From Candidatus Phoenicimicrobium oleiphilum (GTDB taxonomy: Bacteria > Atribacterota > Phoenicimicrobiia > Phoenicimicrobiales > Phoenicimicrobiaceae): a DNA stretch of 39,050 nucleotides. Position 1 is the first letter of the stretch; every line of letters begins with the position of its first letter. The notes beneath the pieces were generated by a model that saw only the letters and a list, made by a program, of their open reading frames with translations, had not been told where the DNA came from and did no database searches. A program made the translations under genes and the position numbers. Of the stretch, positions 1 to 7,788 are shown in pieces. The stretch covers positions 1 through 39,050 of the forward strand of contig JBDIWJ010000012.1 in assembly GCA_039638295.1 (NCBI GenBank), given 5' to 3'.

Positions 1-91
1 TTAAGTATTCAAGTATAACTTAAGAGAGGTATTATTTTATAGATATAACTAGGGAATTTTCTCTGGCGATAGCTCTGGAATTTATTATAGC

Positions 92-207
92 TTTGAGGCC
101 GAGGATTGCGTAAGATTTTTATTCCAGTAAGATCAGAACAGAAATATTGCTCAAAAAGGTGTGTCAAGGGAATTTGGGCCCCGAAGCAGGTGCTTTTAAA
201 ACGTTAA
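92..207 (+). pseudogene. Remnant of a CGNR-like zinc-finger protein C-terminus
   Basis: Manual translation gives EAEDC (95-109), then a frameshift, then KIFIPVRSEQKYCSKRC...* (112-207). The Cys spacing fits a CGNR-type zinc finger. Confidence 0.5.
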
Positions 208-211
208 TAGT

Positions 212-239
212 TTGACTGAGTTCTAATATGGTATATAAT
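212..239 (+). promoter_or_regulatory. Sigma70-type promoter
   Basis: TTGACT (212-217), 16-bp spacer, TATAAT (234-239), directly upstream of a hairpin-rich leader. Confidence 0.55.
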
Positions 240-252
240 ATATATAAAAGGA

Positions 253-400
253 CAAGCCCGCTATGCTCTTTCGGACCGAGATAAGCGGGCTTGAACAGAG
301 CCGAAGTCCTTATTGTCCCTCTGGCTCGTAGCTTATTATAGCATATTTTGAATAAAAACAATAGAGGGCTTGGCTCCTGTTAGAAGTTAGGCCTTTTTTT
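253..400 (+). ncRNA. Putative structured leader or small RNA ending in an intrinsic terminator
   Basis: Perfect 10-bp stem CAAGCCCGCT (253-262)/AGCGGGCTTG (284-293); terminator stem 367-375/385-393 followed by T7 (394-400); alternative pairing of 298-311 with 364-376. Confidence 0.45.
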
Positions 401-419
401 ATTAGTTGGCGAAAACAAA

Positions 420-551
420 ATGATAAATAACTCGATTAATCTGATCAAGAAGATGAGAGGGGAAAAGGGATTAACTCAGTCAGACTTGGCTCTCCTGGTG
501 GGGATATTCTAACCCACTATTTTCCAATTTGAGTGGGGGGGGAACTATCCC
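420..551 (+). pseudogene. XRE/Cro-family HTH regulator with in-frame stop
   Basis: MINNSINLIKKMRGEKGLTQSDLALLVGIF*PTIFQFEWGGNYP matches the XRE HTH pattern; TAA at 510-512 sits where Gln is usual. Confidence 0.7.
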
Positions 552-553
552 TA

Positions 554-712
554 TGTTATCCTGTGTGTGGAAAACTTACTTATGAAGAAATAGATGGATA
601 TGTCGAGATTGCACCAAATGAAATATGTGTACAGCTTGAGCCAGATATTGGTTATTGTTCAAGTTGTAGTTTTAGCTATTCACAGCACGTTGATCAGCCT
701 TTTGATGAGTAG
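554..712 (+). pseudogene. Degenerate small zinc-ribbon protein (mobile-element type)
   Basis: Open frame CYPVCGKLTYEEIDGYVEIAPNEICVQLEPDIGYCSSCSFSYSQH...; second CxxC intact, no in-frame start. Confidence 0.35.
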
Positions 713-866
713 GTAAAAGACCATATAAAATATTTATAAGTAAAAAAAGAAAGTAGGAAGAAAAAATGCAGGAGATGAAAATAAGTTTAGCAAACAGGGA
801 AATAATGATAGAGGAGATGAATAAAATGTAGAGCTGGGCCTTATTAATTATTATAGTTTTATTGAT

Positions 867-2126
867 TTGGCTAGTTCTCAAATTAAAATGAATAAAAGAA
901 ATATAATGATGATTTCAATTCACGGTGATCCAACAGCGGGGATCGGATCTGAGGAACAAGGCGGGCAACCTATTTATATAAAGGATATCTGTAGATTGCT
1001 ATCAAGGGATTTTCAAATAGATATATTTACGAGGAAAAAAAATGCATTTGAAGCAAATATTATAGAGTTATTTCCTGGAGTTAATGTTATTAAAGTAAAG
1101 GCAGGGCCCGTTAAATTTATCCCAAAAGAAAACATTTATCTATATCTAAACGAATTCTTTATGAACACAACACGCTGGATTGAACAGAATAAGAAAGAAT
1201 ACTCGTTAGTTCATTCACATTATTGGTATTCGGGGAGTGTTGCCCTTAAATTAAAAGATTATTTTGAGATACCGATGGTGCATAATTGCCATTCCCTTGG
1301 CAGAGTAAAGTATGAAATTTTAAAGGAAGATAAACCATCATTTGCAGATATGAGATTATTGGAAGAAGAATTAATTCTGAAGAGATCTAATGCTATAATT
1401 GCCTCAACCCCACAAGAAGTGAAAAATATTCTAGACCTTTATAATGTTACAGGAGAGAATATCGAATTAATTCGGGCTGGAGTTAACGAAAGACTATTTA
1501 AGCCTATTGAAAAAACAATGGCAATTAAAGAAATAGGTTTAGATTTTAAAAATGTTATTTTATTTGTCGGTAGAATAACTAAAGCAAAAGGATTAAGAAT
1601 ACTTATTAAAGCTCTTGCAAGAGTGAAAAGGGAGTTTAATAAAGAATTAAAACTTTTCATAATTGGTGGTGATGTTTCTAATACTATGCATTCGGAAATA
1701 GAAAGCAGTGAAAAGAAATACATAAAAAAATTAGTTAATAAGACAAATTTATCAGATGATGTTATTTTTTTAGGACCTGTAGAAAGAGAAAAACTTCCCT
1801 ATTATTATTCAGTTGCTGATATTTGTGTAGTTCCTTCTTTGTATGAATCATTTGGGCTTGTAGCAGTAGAAGCTATGGCTTGTGGTACTCCAGTAATAGC
1901 TTCAAAAGTTGGTGGGCTTGTCCATACAATAAAAAATGGATATTCCGGCTTGCATTTTGTGCCTGGAAGATCTGATCTTTTAGCCAAGAGGATATTAGGG
2001 ATTATTACAGATTCGGAAAGATTAAAAGAGATGGGTGTAAATGCTCGTATAAGAGCAGCCAGAGAATTTGGATTGGAAAGAACTGTTAGACAAATGAAAG
2101 AATTATACGAATCCTTGATTTTCTAA
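867..2126 (+). CDS. GT4 glycosyltransferase, sucrose-phosphate synthase-like (MshA/MfpsA/SPS group); likely start ATG 888
   Basis: ISIHGDP..IG.EEQGGQ..Y, DIFTR, HSHYW, HSLG, PSLYESFGLVAVEAMACGTPV; adjacent SPP-like phosphatase. Confidence 0.85.
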   Translation: MASSQIKMNKRNIMMISIHGDPTAGIGSEEQGGQPIYIKDICRLLSRDFQIDIFTRKKNAFEANIIELFPGVNVIKVKAGPVKFIPKENIYLYLNEFFMNTTRWIEQNKKEYSLVHSHYWYSGSVALKLKDYFEIPMVHNCHSLGRVKYEILKEDKPSFADMRLLEEELILKRSNAIIASTPQEVKNILDLYNVTGENIELIRAGVNERLFKPIEKTMAIKEIGLDFKNVILFVGRITKAKGLRILIKALARVKREFNKELKLFIIGGDVSNTMHSEIESSEKKYIKKLVNKTNLSDDVIFLGPVEREKLPYYYSVADICVVPSLYESFGLVAVEAMACGTPVIASKVGGLVHTIKNGYSGLHFVPGRSDLLAKRILGIITDSERLKEMGVNARIRAAREFGLERTVRQMKELYESLIF

Positions 2127-2137
2127 AGGAGTAAAAG

Positions 2138-2914
2138 ATGGAATATGTACTTGTTTCTGATTTAGATGAGACATTAACTGGAGATAAAGAAGGAATTATG
2201 CAGTTTAATAAGATTATGTTGTCTAATAGAGAAAAATTTTATTTAGTCTATTCCTCCGGAAGGTTTAAGGAATCAATATTGTCAGTATTAGAAAAAGAAA
2301 GATTAATCCAACCAGATGCTATAATTTCCAATGTGGGCACTGAAATATATTATGCCCCTAATTGGGATATAGATAAGGAATGGGAGAAGATAATTGGGAA
2401 AAATTGGAATAAAGAAGAAATCGCTTCAATTCTTGGTAGATTTTACCTGCAGCTCCAGCCTTACGAAAAAAAATTTGTAATACCATATTATATTGAGGAG
2501 GAAAGTATAGCAAAAAAGGTAAGAGAAATATTGAAAGGACATAGAGTTAAAGTTATATGCACTAGGAGTTTTCGGCTCCAAAAAGTGATAAAAACTCCCA
2601 TAATATCCACTGCTCCTGTTGCTTTTAGTGTTTTTTCTGACAAATTATATCTAGATATTGTTCCAGAATGTGCAGGGAAAGGGAATGCTGCAAAATATAT
2701 TAAAAATAAAATGAGTTTACCAATAATTTGTTGTGGAGATGCCGAAAACGATGAAAATATGTTAAAAGTTAGTAATTATGGGATATTAGTAGGAAATACA
2801 TCTATTAGATTAAAAAGCAAATTATCAAAATTTCCCAACATTTATTTAGCTAAATCTTATTATGCAAAAGGGGTAATTGAGGGATTAAAATTTTATAGTG
2901 TTATTAAAAAATAA
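2138..2914 (+). CDS. HAD-IIB sucrose-phosphate phosphatase-like hydrolase
   Basis: DLDETL motif I, SSGR, NVGTEIY, LDIVP..AGKG.A, GDAENDENML; RBS AAGGAG; 11 bp after the synthase gene. Confidence 0.85.
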   Translation: MEYVLVSDLDETLTGDKEGIMQFNKIMLSNREKFYLVYSSGRFKESILSVLEKERLIQPDAIISNVGTEIYYAPNWDIDKEWEKIIGKNWNKEEIASILGRFYLQLQPYEKKFVIPYYIEEESIAKKVREILKGHRVKVICTRSFRLQKVIKTPIISTAPVAFSVFSDKLYLDIVPECAGKGNAAKYIKNKMSLPIICCGDAENDENMLKVSNYGILVGNTSIRLKSKLSKFPNIYLAKSYYAKGVIEGLKFYSVIKK

Positions 2915-2984
2915 AAATGAAAGTAGAAAAATAAGGATCAACCATCTAATCTTTATTAGTAAAATTAATAGAAAGGAGAGCAAA

Positions 2985-3200
2985 ATGAATGATAATGAAA
3001 TTAGGGATGCTCTTTTAAAAGCTGCTTATAATAGGGCAAAAGAGGATGGTAACATTGAAGGCGGATTATTTAATGTTTATAAAATAAGTAATTTGGAAGG
3101 AGTAGAAAAAAAGAAAATTAATTTTAACGCTGACTATTTAGATAAGAAAAATTTAGTAAAGTGGGCTACTATGAGTGGAGGCATGGCAATTACTGTGTAA
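2985..3200 (+). CDS. Small hypothetical protein, possibly a truncated winged-helix-like protein
   Basis: RBS AAAGGAGAG before ATG 2985; ADYLDKKNLV...ITV* resembles a wHTH wing, and KG follows the stop in frame. Confidence 0.5.
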   Translation: MNDNEIRDALLKAAYNRAKEDGNIEGGLFNVYKISNLEGVEKKKINFNADYLDKKNLVKWATMSGGMAITV

Positions 3201-3259
3201 AAAGGCGTCATTTATTATTATAATTCAATATAAAATCGTTATTTTCAGCTATTTTAATT

Positions 3260-3806
3260 TTTATCCAAATAATTAAACGAGAATAACCCGCTTCACTACC
3301 TTCTTTTCTAATCATTTCTATTTTGTAACAATCGTATCCTTCTTTTTTTCAGAACCGAGTTTTTTATTGCTGAAATCTTTAATAAAGGCATCGCTTGTTC
3401 CAGTGTCTTCGTAGGAAAAATCGCTTCCTTCCATTTTTTTAGCTTTTAGAATGAAAGGCAAGTTTACGTACTCGTTTGGTTCGGAGGAAATAGATCCAGA
3501 TATCTTCGGCATAATTAAGCATCAAGATAGCCTGTCTCTTTACCTGTTTAGGTTTAATATAACGTATCAGATTCTTTTCACTGTTATTTTTGCTGTATGA
3601 ATCATAGATAAAACTTATTTCTTCACTTGAGGTGGTAGTAATAGTCATTTTTACCTTGGCTTGTACTGTATCCTGATTAATTAATTCATTTACTTTGTTT
3701 ATAATTTCTTCAGCGGTAAGTTCTTGTCCGTTTGAGGTAATTAATATATTAAAAATAATATATTTAAAATGAGGATTATTTTTATAAATCTATTTTCTGA
3801 TTTCAT
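3260..3806 (-). pseudogene. Outer-membrane lipoprotein-sorting (LolA-like, TP0789-type) protein, frameshifted and 3'-truncated
   Basis: ATG at 3806 overlaps the upstream stop (ATGA). Pieces in different frames: signal-like MKSENRFIKIILIL; QELTAEEIINKVNE...DIWIYFLRTKRVRKLA; KKMEGSDFSYED; CYKIEMIRKEGSEAGYSRLIIWI. Confidence 0.8.
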
Positions 3807-4570
3807 AATTTTTCTCCTCTCCTTTTACCCATAAGATTTAATTTAAATTTTCTGATAATATCGGGAGATATTATATTACCTTTTCCAAAATCAAAGAAGA
3901 TAAAACCAATCCTTTTTCCTTTTGAGTTTAATAAGTGTTGGTAAATAGGGAAAGATATAAAGATTAAAAAGGATAATAGCCATACTATAGATACAAGAGA
4001 GGGTATATCTTTAGGCCAGAATGGGATTATAATTAGAGAGGATACAGTAGAAATGGGGAAAGCCCAGGCAACAGCCATTTCAATGCGCTGAGATAAGGGA
4101 AACTCAACTTCTCGCATTGATGAGATTTTCTGAAAATTATTATTTATGAAGAGGGGAATATCTTTAGCATATATCGGACCCCAGATTATTTCCCACCCAG
4201 TCTTGTTTTTAATAGTTTTAGCTTCGATGCCACTAGCGGCAAGCTGGGGTAATATTACTTTTCTATGGGATACAAGTTTTTCGATACCACTGGTCTTGAG
4301 GGCAGAAATAACACTGTGATTGGTAAAATGTCCTCCGGTAGCAGCACACCAGACATTGATGCCCTTGCTATTAGCTATGAGTAGGTAACAATTTATTCCT
4401 ATTAATGCTTTTTTTACTCTTTCTACAGTTAGATGGAAATTACAGGTTAAAAAAACAGGAGAGTTTTGATTTGGGTTTCCGATTTTAATTAAACTCGGTT
4501 TGCAAGGAAAAGGAAACATTCTTAATAAAGTTTCTATAATATTAATAATAATATAATTAAATATATTCAT
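3803..4570 (-). CDS. HgcA-like (CdhD-family corrinoid-binding) membrane protein; HgcA paralog, probably internally deleted
   Basis: IGNPNQNSPVFLTCNFHLT, GINVWCAATGG (4334-4357), ILPQLAASG, WGPIYAKDIP; only about 2 TM helices; no ferredoxin motif. Confidence 0.85.
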   Translation of the reverse strand: MNIFNYIIINIIETLLRMFPFPCKPSLIKIGNPNQNSPVFLTCNFHLTVERVKKALIGINCYLLIANSKGINVWCAATGGHFTNHSVISALKTSGIEKLVSHRKVILPQLAASGIEAKTIKNKTGWEIIWGPIYAKDIPLFINNNFQKISSMREVEFPLSQRIEMAVAWAFPISTVSSLIIIPFWPKDIPSLVSIVWLLSFLIFISFPIYQHLLNSKGKRIGFIFFDFGKGNIISPDIIRKFKLNLMGKRRGEKL

Positions 4571-4598
4571 TTTTATTTTATTCCTCTATCTTTGTTCT

Positions 4599-5255
4599 TT
4601 ACTTTGGTTTTTTTGCCACTAATTCGATAAAATTTTCTATATTATTTAATTTTACTGATTCTATCAATAAACCGCTTTCTTTAATCTTTTTTGGTAAGTT
4701 ATCTATGGTATGTATAGTAGTTTGGATAATAACATAAGTAATTATTTTCAAGGGAAATTTTGTTATCTCATTTATAATTTTCTTGAAAATATTTTTAGGT
4801 CTTACTTCATCTGCAATAAGGAGAAGACCTCCAGGTTTTAATATCCTTTTTATTTCTTTTAAAGTATTAATTAATTCACTTTCAGTTAATTCTGAAAAGC
4901 AAAGGCCACTCATTACCACATCGTAAATGTTTGATTTTTCACTTTCTAATTCAGCAACTCCCATTTCAAATAAGCTAATATTGGGGAGGAGATTTGCCTT
5001 AGTTGCGCGCTTTTTGGCAATTTCTAACATTTGCGGATTAATATCAATCCCTTTTACTTTTGCCCCTTTATGAGCAGCTTTTAAGGTTAATGCCCCAGTC
5101 CCACAGCCGAGGTCAAGAACCTTCTGGCCCTTTTTTAAGTGGGATGTTAAATGTTTATAGACCTTATCTAATTTTCCCAGGGTAAGAATGTAAATACCCC
5201 GATCATATCTATTAGGGGCAGATTCAAGTATTTTCATTAAAATGAATGTACTCAT
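4599..5255 (-). CDS. Class I SAM-dependent methyltransferase (resembles the corrinoid protein-associated CpaM type)
   Basis: VLDLGCGTG, GIDINPQML, RILKPGG; the N-terminus MKILESAPNRYDRGI matches my recollection of that family. Confidence 0.85.
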   Translation of the reverse strand: MSTFILMKILESAPNRYDRGIYILTLGKLDKVYKHLTSHLKKGQKVLDLGCGTGALTLKAAHKGAKVKGIDINPQMLEIAKKRATKANLLPNISLFEMGVAELESEKSNIYDVVMSGLCFSELTESELINTLKEIKRILKPGGLLLIADEVRPKNIFKKIINEITKFPLKIITYVIIQTTIHTIDNLPKKIKESGLLIESVKLNNIENFIELVAKKPK

Positions 5256-5758
5256 TTGAGTAACCCCTTTTTTCTTTTCCCTAATCTTGGGAAAAACATT
5301 GGAACCATTTTTTTATATTTGGAATAATCTCTGCCCAGTCGTTTTTCCAATTCTGGTTCTTCAATTGCCCTTAATTCAAAATAATTAAGTAAAATGAAAA
5401 GGGGAGTAAATATAAAAACGAGAGAGATTGAGTTAAATAAAATTCCTAATCCAAACATTAAAATAAAAACACCACAAAGCATAGGATTTCTTATATAAGC
5501 ATAAGGACCAGTAGTGACTAATTTTTGTGGAGGGTTAAGTGGTACCGGTGTTCCTTTTACTTTTATAAAATGCAAAATTGACCACAATATTAAGAATAAG
5601 TCTAAAGTGAGAGTAAATAAAGATATACTAAGATTTAGTGGATAAAATATAAACTGAGGAAAATGTAATATCTTATCAATCCAAAGAGATATTATGATAA
5701 ATAGTCCAATAAGGCTGAAAAAGAAGATTATCCCAATGGGAGTAAGAAGGTTTCGCAT
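5252..5758 (-). CDS. ICMT/PEMT (Ste14)-family integral membrane methyltransferase; frame extends 21 codons upstream to ATT 5821
   Basis: GTPVP..PPQKLVTTGPYAYIRNPM, EE..L..R.G..Y..Y...VP.F.P; ATGA overlap with the next gene. Confidence 0.85.
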   Translation of the reverse strand: MRNLLTPIGIIFFFSLIGLFIIISLWIDKILHFPQFIFYPLNLSISLFTLTLDLFLILWSILHFIKVKGTPVPLNPPQKLVTTGPYAYIRNPMLCGVFILMFGLGILFNSISLVFIFTPLFILLNYFELRAIEEPELEKRLGRDYSKYKKMVPMFFPRLGKRKKGLLK

Positions 5759-5977
5759 TTTTTTACTACCAGTAGCTGTTTTATAAAAAAGATTAATTAA
5801 TTTGTTGCGAAGATTCGTAATATTTGCCCCTTTTCTTATAAATATAGTTATTTGGATAGCTTTTTAAGCTTAAAATATATATTCTATAAAATTTTAAGAA
5901 ATCCTCTTTTTTGGGGAAAAATAATAAAAAAAATTGTAAGTTATTGGTTTTTAGATTTCGGTTAAATATTGATTAAC

Positions 5978-6007
5978 TTGACAGCTTCTTTGTAACCAGA
6001 GTATAAT
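5978..6007 (+). promoter_or_regulatory. Consensus sigma70 promoter of the abiE operon
   Basis: TTGACA (5978-5983), 18-bp spacer, TATAAT (6002-6007). Confidence 0.7.
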
Positions 6008-6032
6008 AAATTAACAAAAAGATTAATTAAGT

Positions 6033-6626
6033 GTGCTTAGCTCTATGAAATATAATGAGTTAAAAAAAATAAAAAACTTATATTTTACTTACCAGGATGT
6101 AGCGAAAATATTATCCATATCAGAAGATTCTGCTCGGGTATTGTGCACTCGATATGTAAAACAAAAATACTTTATCAGACTAAAAAGAAACTTCTATATG
6201 CTAAGGGAAAGATGGGATAGTATTACTTCAAATCAAAGATTGGAGCTAGCTAATATTCTTCAGGTTCCATCTTATATCTCTTTGATGACCGCACTTTCAT
6301 TTTATGAATATACTACCCAGATTCAGCAGAAATTTATTGAATCCATCTCCCAATACCGTACCTGTACCAAAGATATTGAGGGATTTATATTTAATTATAG
6401 TAAAATAAAGAAAGATTTTTATTTTGGCTTTTATAAGAAAAACGGTATATTTATTGCCTCTCCCGAAAAAGCCTTTATTGATTCCCTTTATTTAAACTAT
6501 TTAGGAAAATATAATTTTGACCTAAGTTCGCTGAATTTAGAAAAGATTGACAAAAAGAATTGTGAAAAAATATTAAAGAGGTATCTCCCAAAATTTAGAA
6601 TATTTTGTAAGAGGTATATAAAATGA
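6033..6626 (+). CDS. abiEi: Type IV toxin-antitoxin antitoxin, AbiEi family (likely start ATG 6045)
   Basis: N-terminal wHTH, PSYISLMTALSFY, IASPEKAFIDSLYL; overlaps the toxin start. Confidence 0.8.
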   Translation: MLSSMKYNELKKIKNLYFTYQDVAKILSISEDSARVLCTRYVKQKYFIRLKRNFYMLRERWDSITSNQRLELANILQVPSYISLMTALSFYEYTTQIQQKFIESISQYRTCTKDIEGFIFNYSKIKKDFYFGFYKKNGIFIASPEKAFIDSLYLNYLGKYNFDLSSLNLEKIDKKNCEKILKRYLPKFRIFCKRYIK

Positions 6627-7291
6627 ACGATTTAATACAACAAGAGATTTTTGAAATAGAAGTATTAGCTTGGCTCAAGAATGAGGGATTTCTCCGCAAT
6701 CTAATCTTTGGAGGAGGGACAATGTTAAGGCTTTGCTATAGTTTAAAAAGATATTCAGTTGACCTGGATTTTTGGACTTATCGGATAAAAGAGATAGATC
6801 GTTTTTTTATAAATTTAAAGGACTCTTTAAAAATAGATTATGATTTAACTGATGAGCAAAATAAATTTTATACTCAACTTTTCGAAATTAAAAAAGTACC
6901 TTATCCCCGCAAATTGAAGATTGAGATAAGAAAAAATGCCGGAAAAAAGGATTTTCAGGAAAAAATTGCTTATTCCCCATATTCTAACCAGCAGGTATTA
7001 GTCAAAGCTTTTACCTTGGAGCAGATGATGAAAAATAAGATAGAAGCTTTATTAGATAGAAAAGAAATAAGAGATGCATTCGATATAGAATTTTTAATAA
7101 GAAAAGGCGTTGATATTTCAGAAAATTATGAAGAATTAAAAAAGATTAGAGAAATTATTAAAGGGTTTAAAAAAAGAGATTACTATGTAACTTTGGGATC
7201 TCTTTTAGATGATGATACAAGAGAATATTATAAGAAAAATAAATTTACATATTTATTGAGTGTTATTGGCGAAAGGCTTTCTTATAAATAA
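6623..7291 (+). CDS. abiEii: Type IV toxin-antitoxin toxin, AbiEii nucleotidyltransferase
   Basis: FGGGTMLRL..RYSVDLDF; KIEALLDR..RDAFDI. Confidence 0.9.
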   Translation: MNDLIQQEIFEIEVLAWLKNEGFLRNLIFGGGTMLRLCYSLKRYSVDLDFWTYRIKEIDRFFINLKDSLKIDYDLTDEQNKFYTQLFEIKKVPYPRKLKIEIRKNAGKKDFQEKIAYSPYSNQQVLVKAFTLEQMMKNKIEALLDRKEIRDAFDIEFLIRKGVDISENYEELKKIREIIKGFKKRDYYVTLGSLLDDDTREYYKKNKFTYLLSVIGERLSYK

Positions 7292-7476
7292 GAAATGTAG
7301 TGTGTATTTAAGGGATTTAAATTTTATTAGTATAAAATTTGCTGATATTTATTTAGCTTGCTTTAATGTGTTATAATTACAAAAAATACGGCCTTTTTGA
7401 TTATATTTAAACATCGGAATTTCAAAAATTGCAATGCTCTTGCAGGGATACTTTTTCAAAAAACAATATATTCTAA

Positions 7477-7571
7477 CAAGATTGTCAGGAAAAGTTTTAT
7501 ATAAAATCAAAATGGAGCAAAAGGGAGATAGAGAGAGGTTTTGCGGGGAGTTCACTCCCCTGACAATCTTG
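7477..7571. repeat. 13-bp perfect inverted repeat enclosing internal hairpins
   Basis: CAAGATTGTCAGG (7477-7489)/CCTGACAATCTTG (7559-7571); inner GGGGAG-TTCA-CTCCCC (7545-7560). Confidence 0.7.
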
Positions 7572-7788
7572 AGTTGACTTATATGTAGAAGATTTTTAAG
7601 ACAGTAAAAGAATTTTCAAAAAGGAAAAGAATAGAAAAATAAGAGGGGGAGTCAGTTAGAGGATGTAGATATAATATTAGAAAACATTTATCAATTAATG
7701 TAAAAATAATGAATGAATTATCAATGGAGTAATAAACAAAGCATAAACAATTAAAAAATTATTTTTATGGAGGTTAGAAATAGCAGAG

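Noticed and set aside
164..881. Minus-strand ORFs 164-361 and 672-881
   Set aside because: Low-complexity translations; plus-strand remnants and RNA structure explain the region better.
867..2126. mshA (mycothiol synthesis)
   Set aside because: Same GT4 group, but the adjacent SPP-like phosphatase and the HGDP motif favour a disaccharide-phosphate synthase; no other msh genes are in the window.
3803..4570. Calling this a true mercury methylase hgcA
   Set aside because: The motif is NVWCAATGG rather than NVWCAAGK, there are too few TM helices, and there is no hgcB.
7500..7660. c-di-GMP or other known riboswitch
   Set aside because: GCAAAA is present but the conserved GNRA loop, receptor and second stem are not recognisable.
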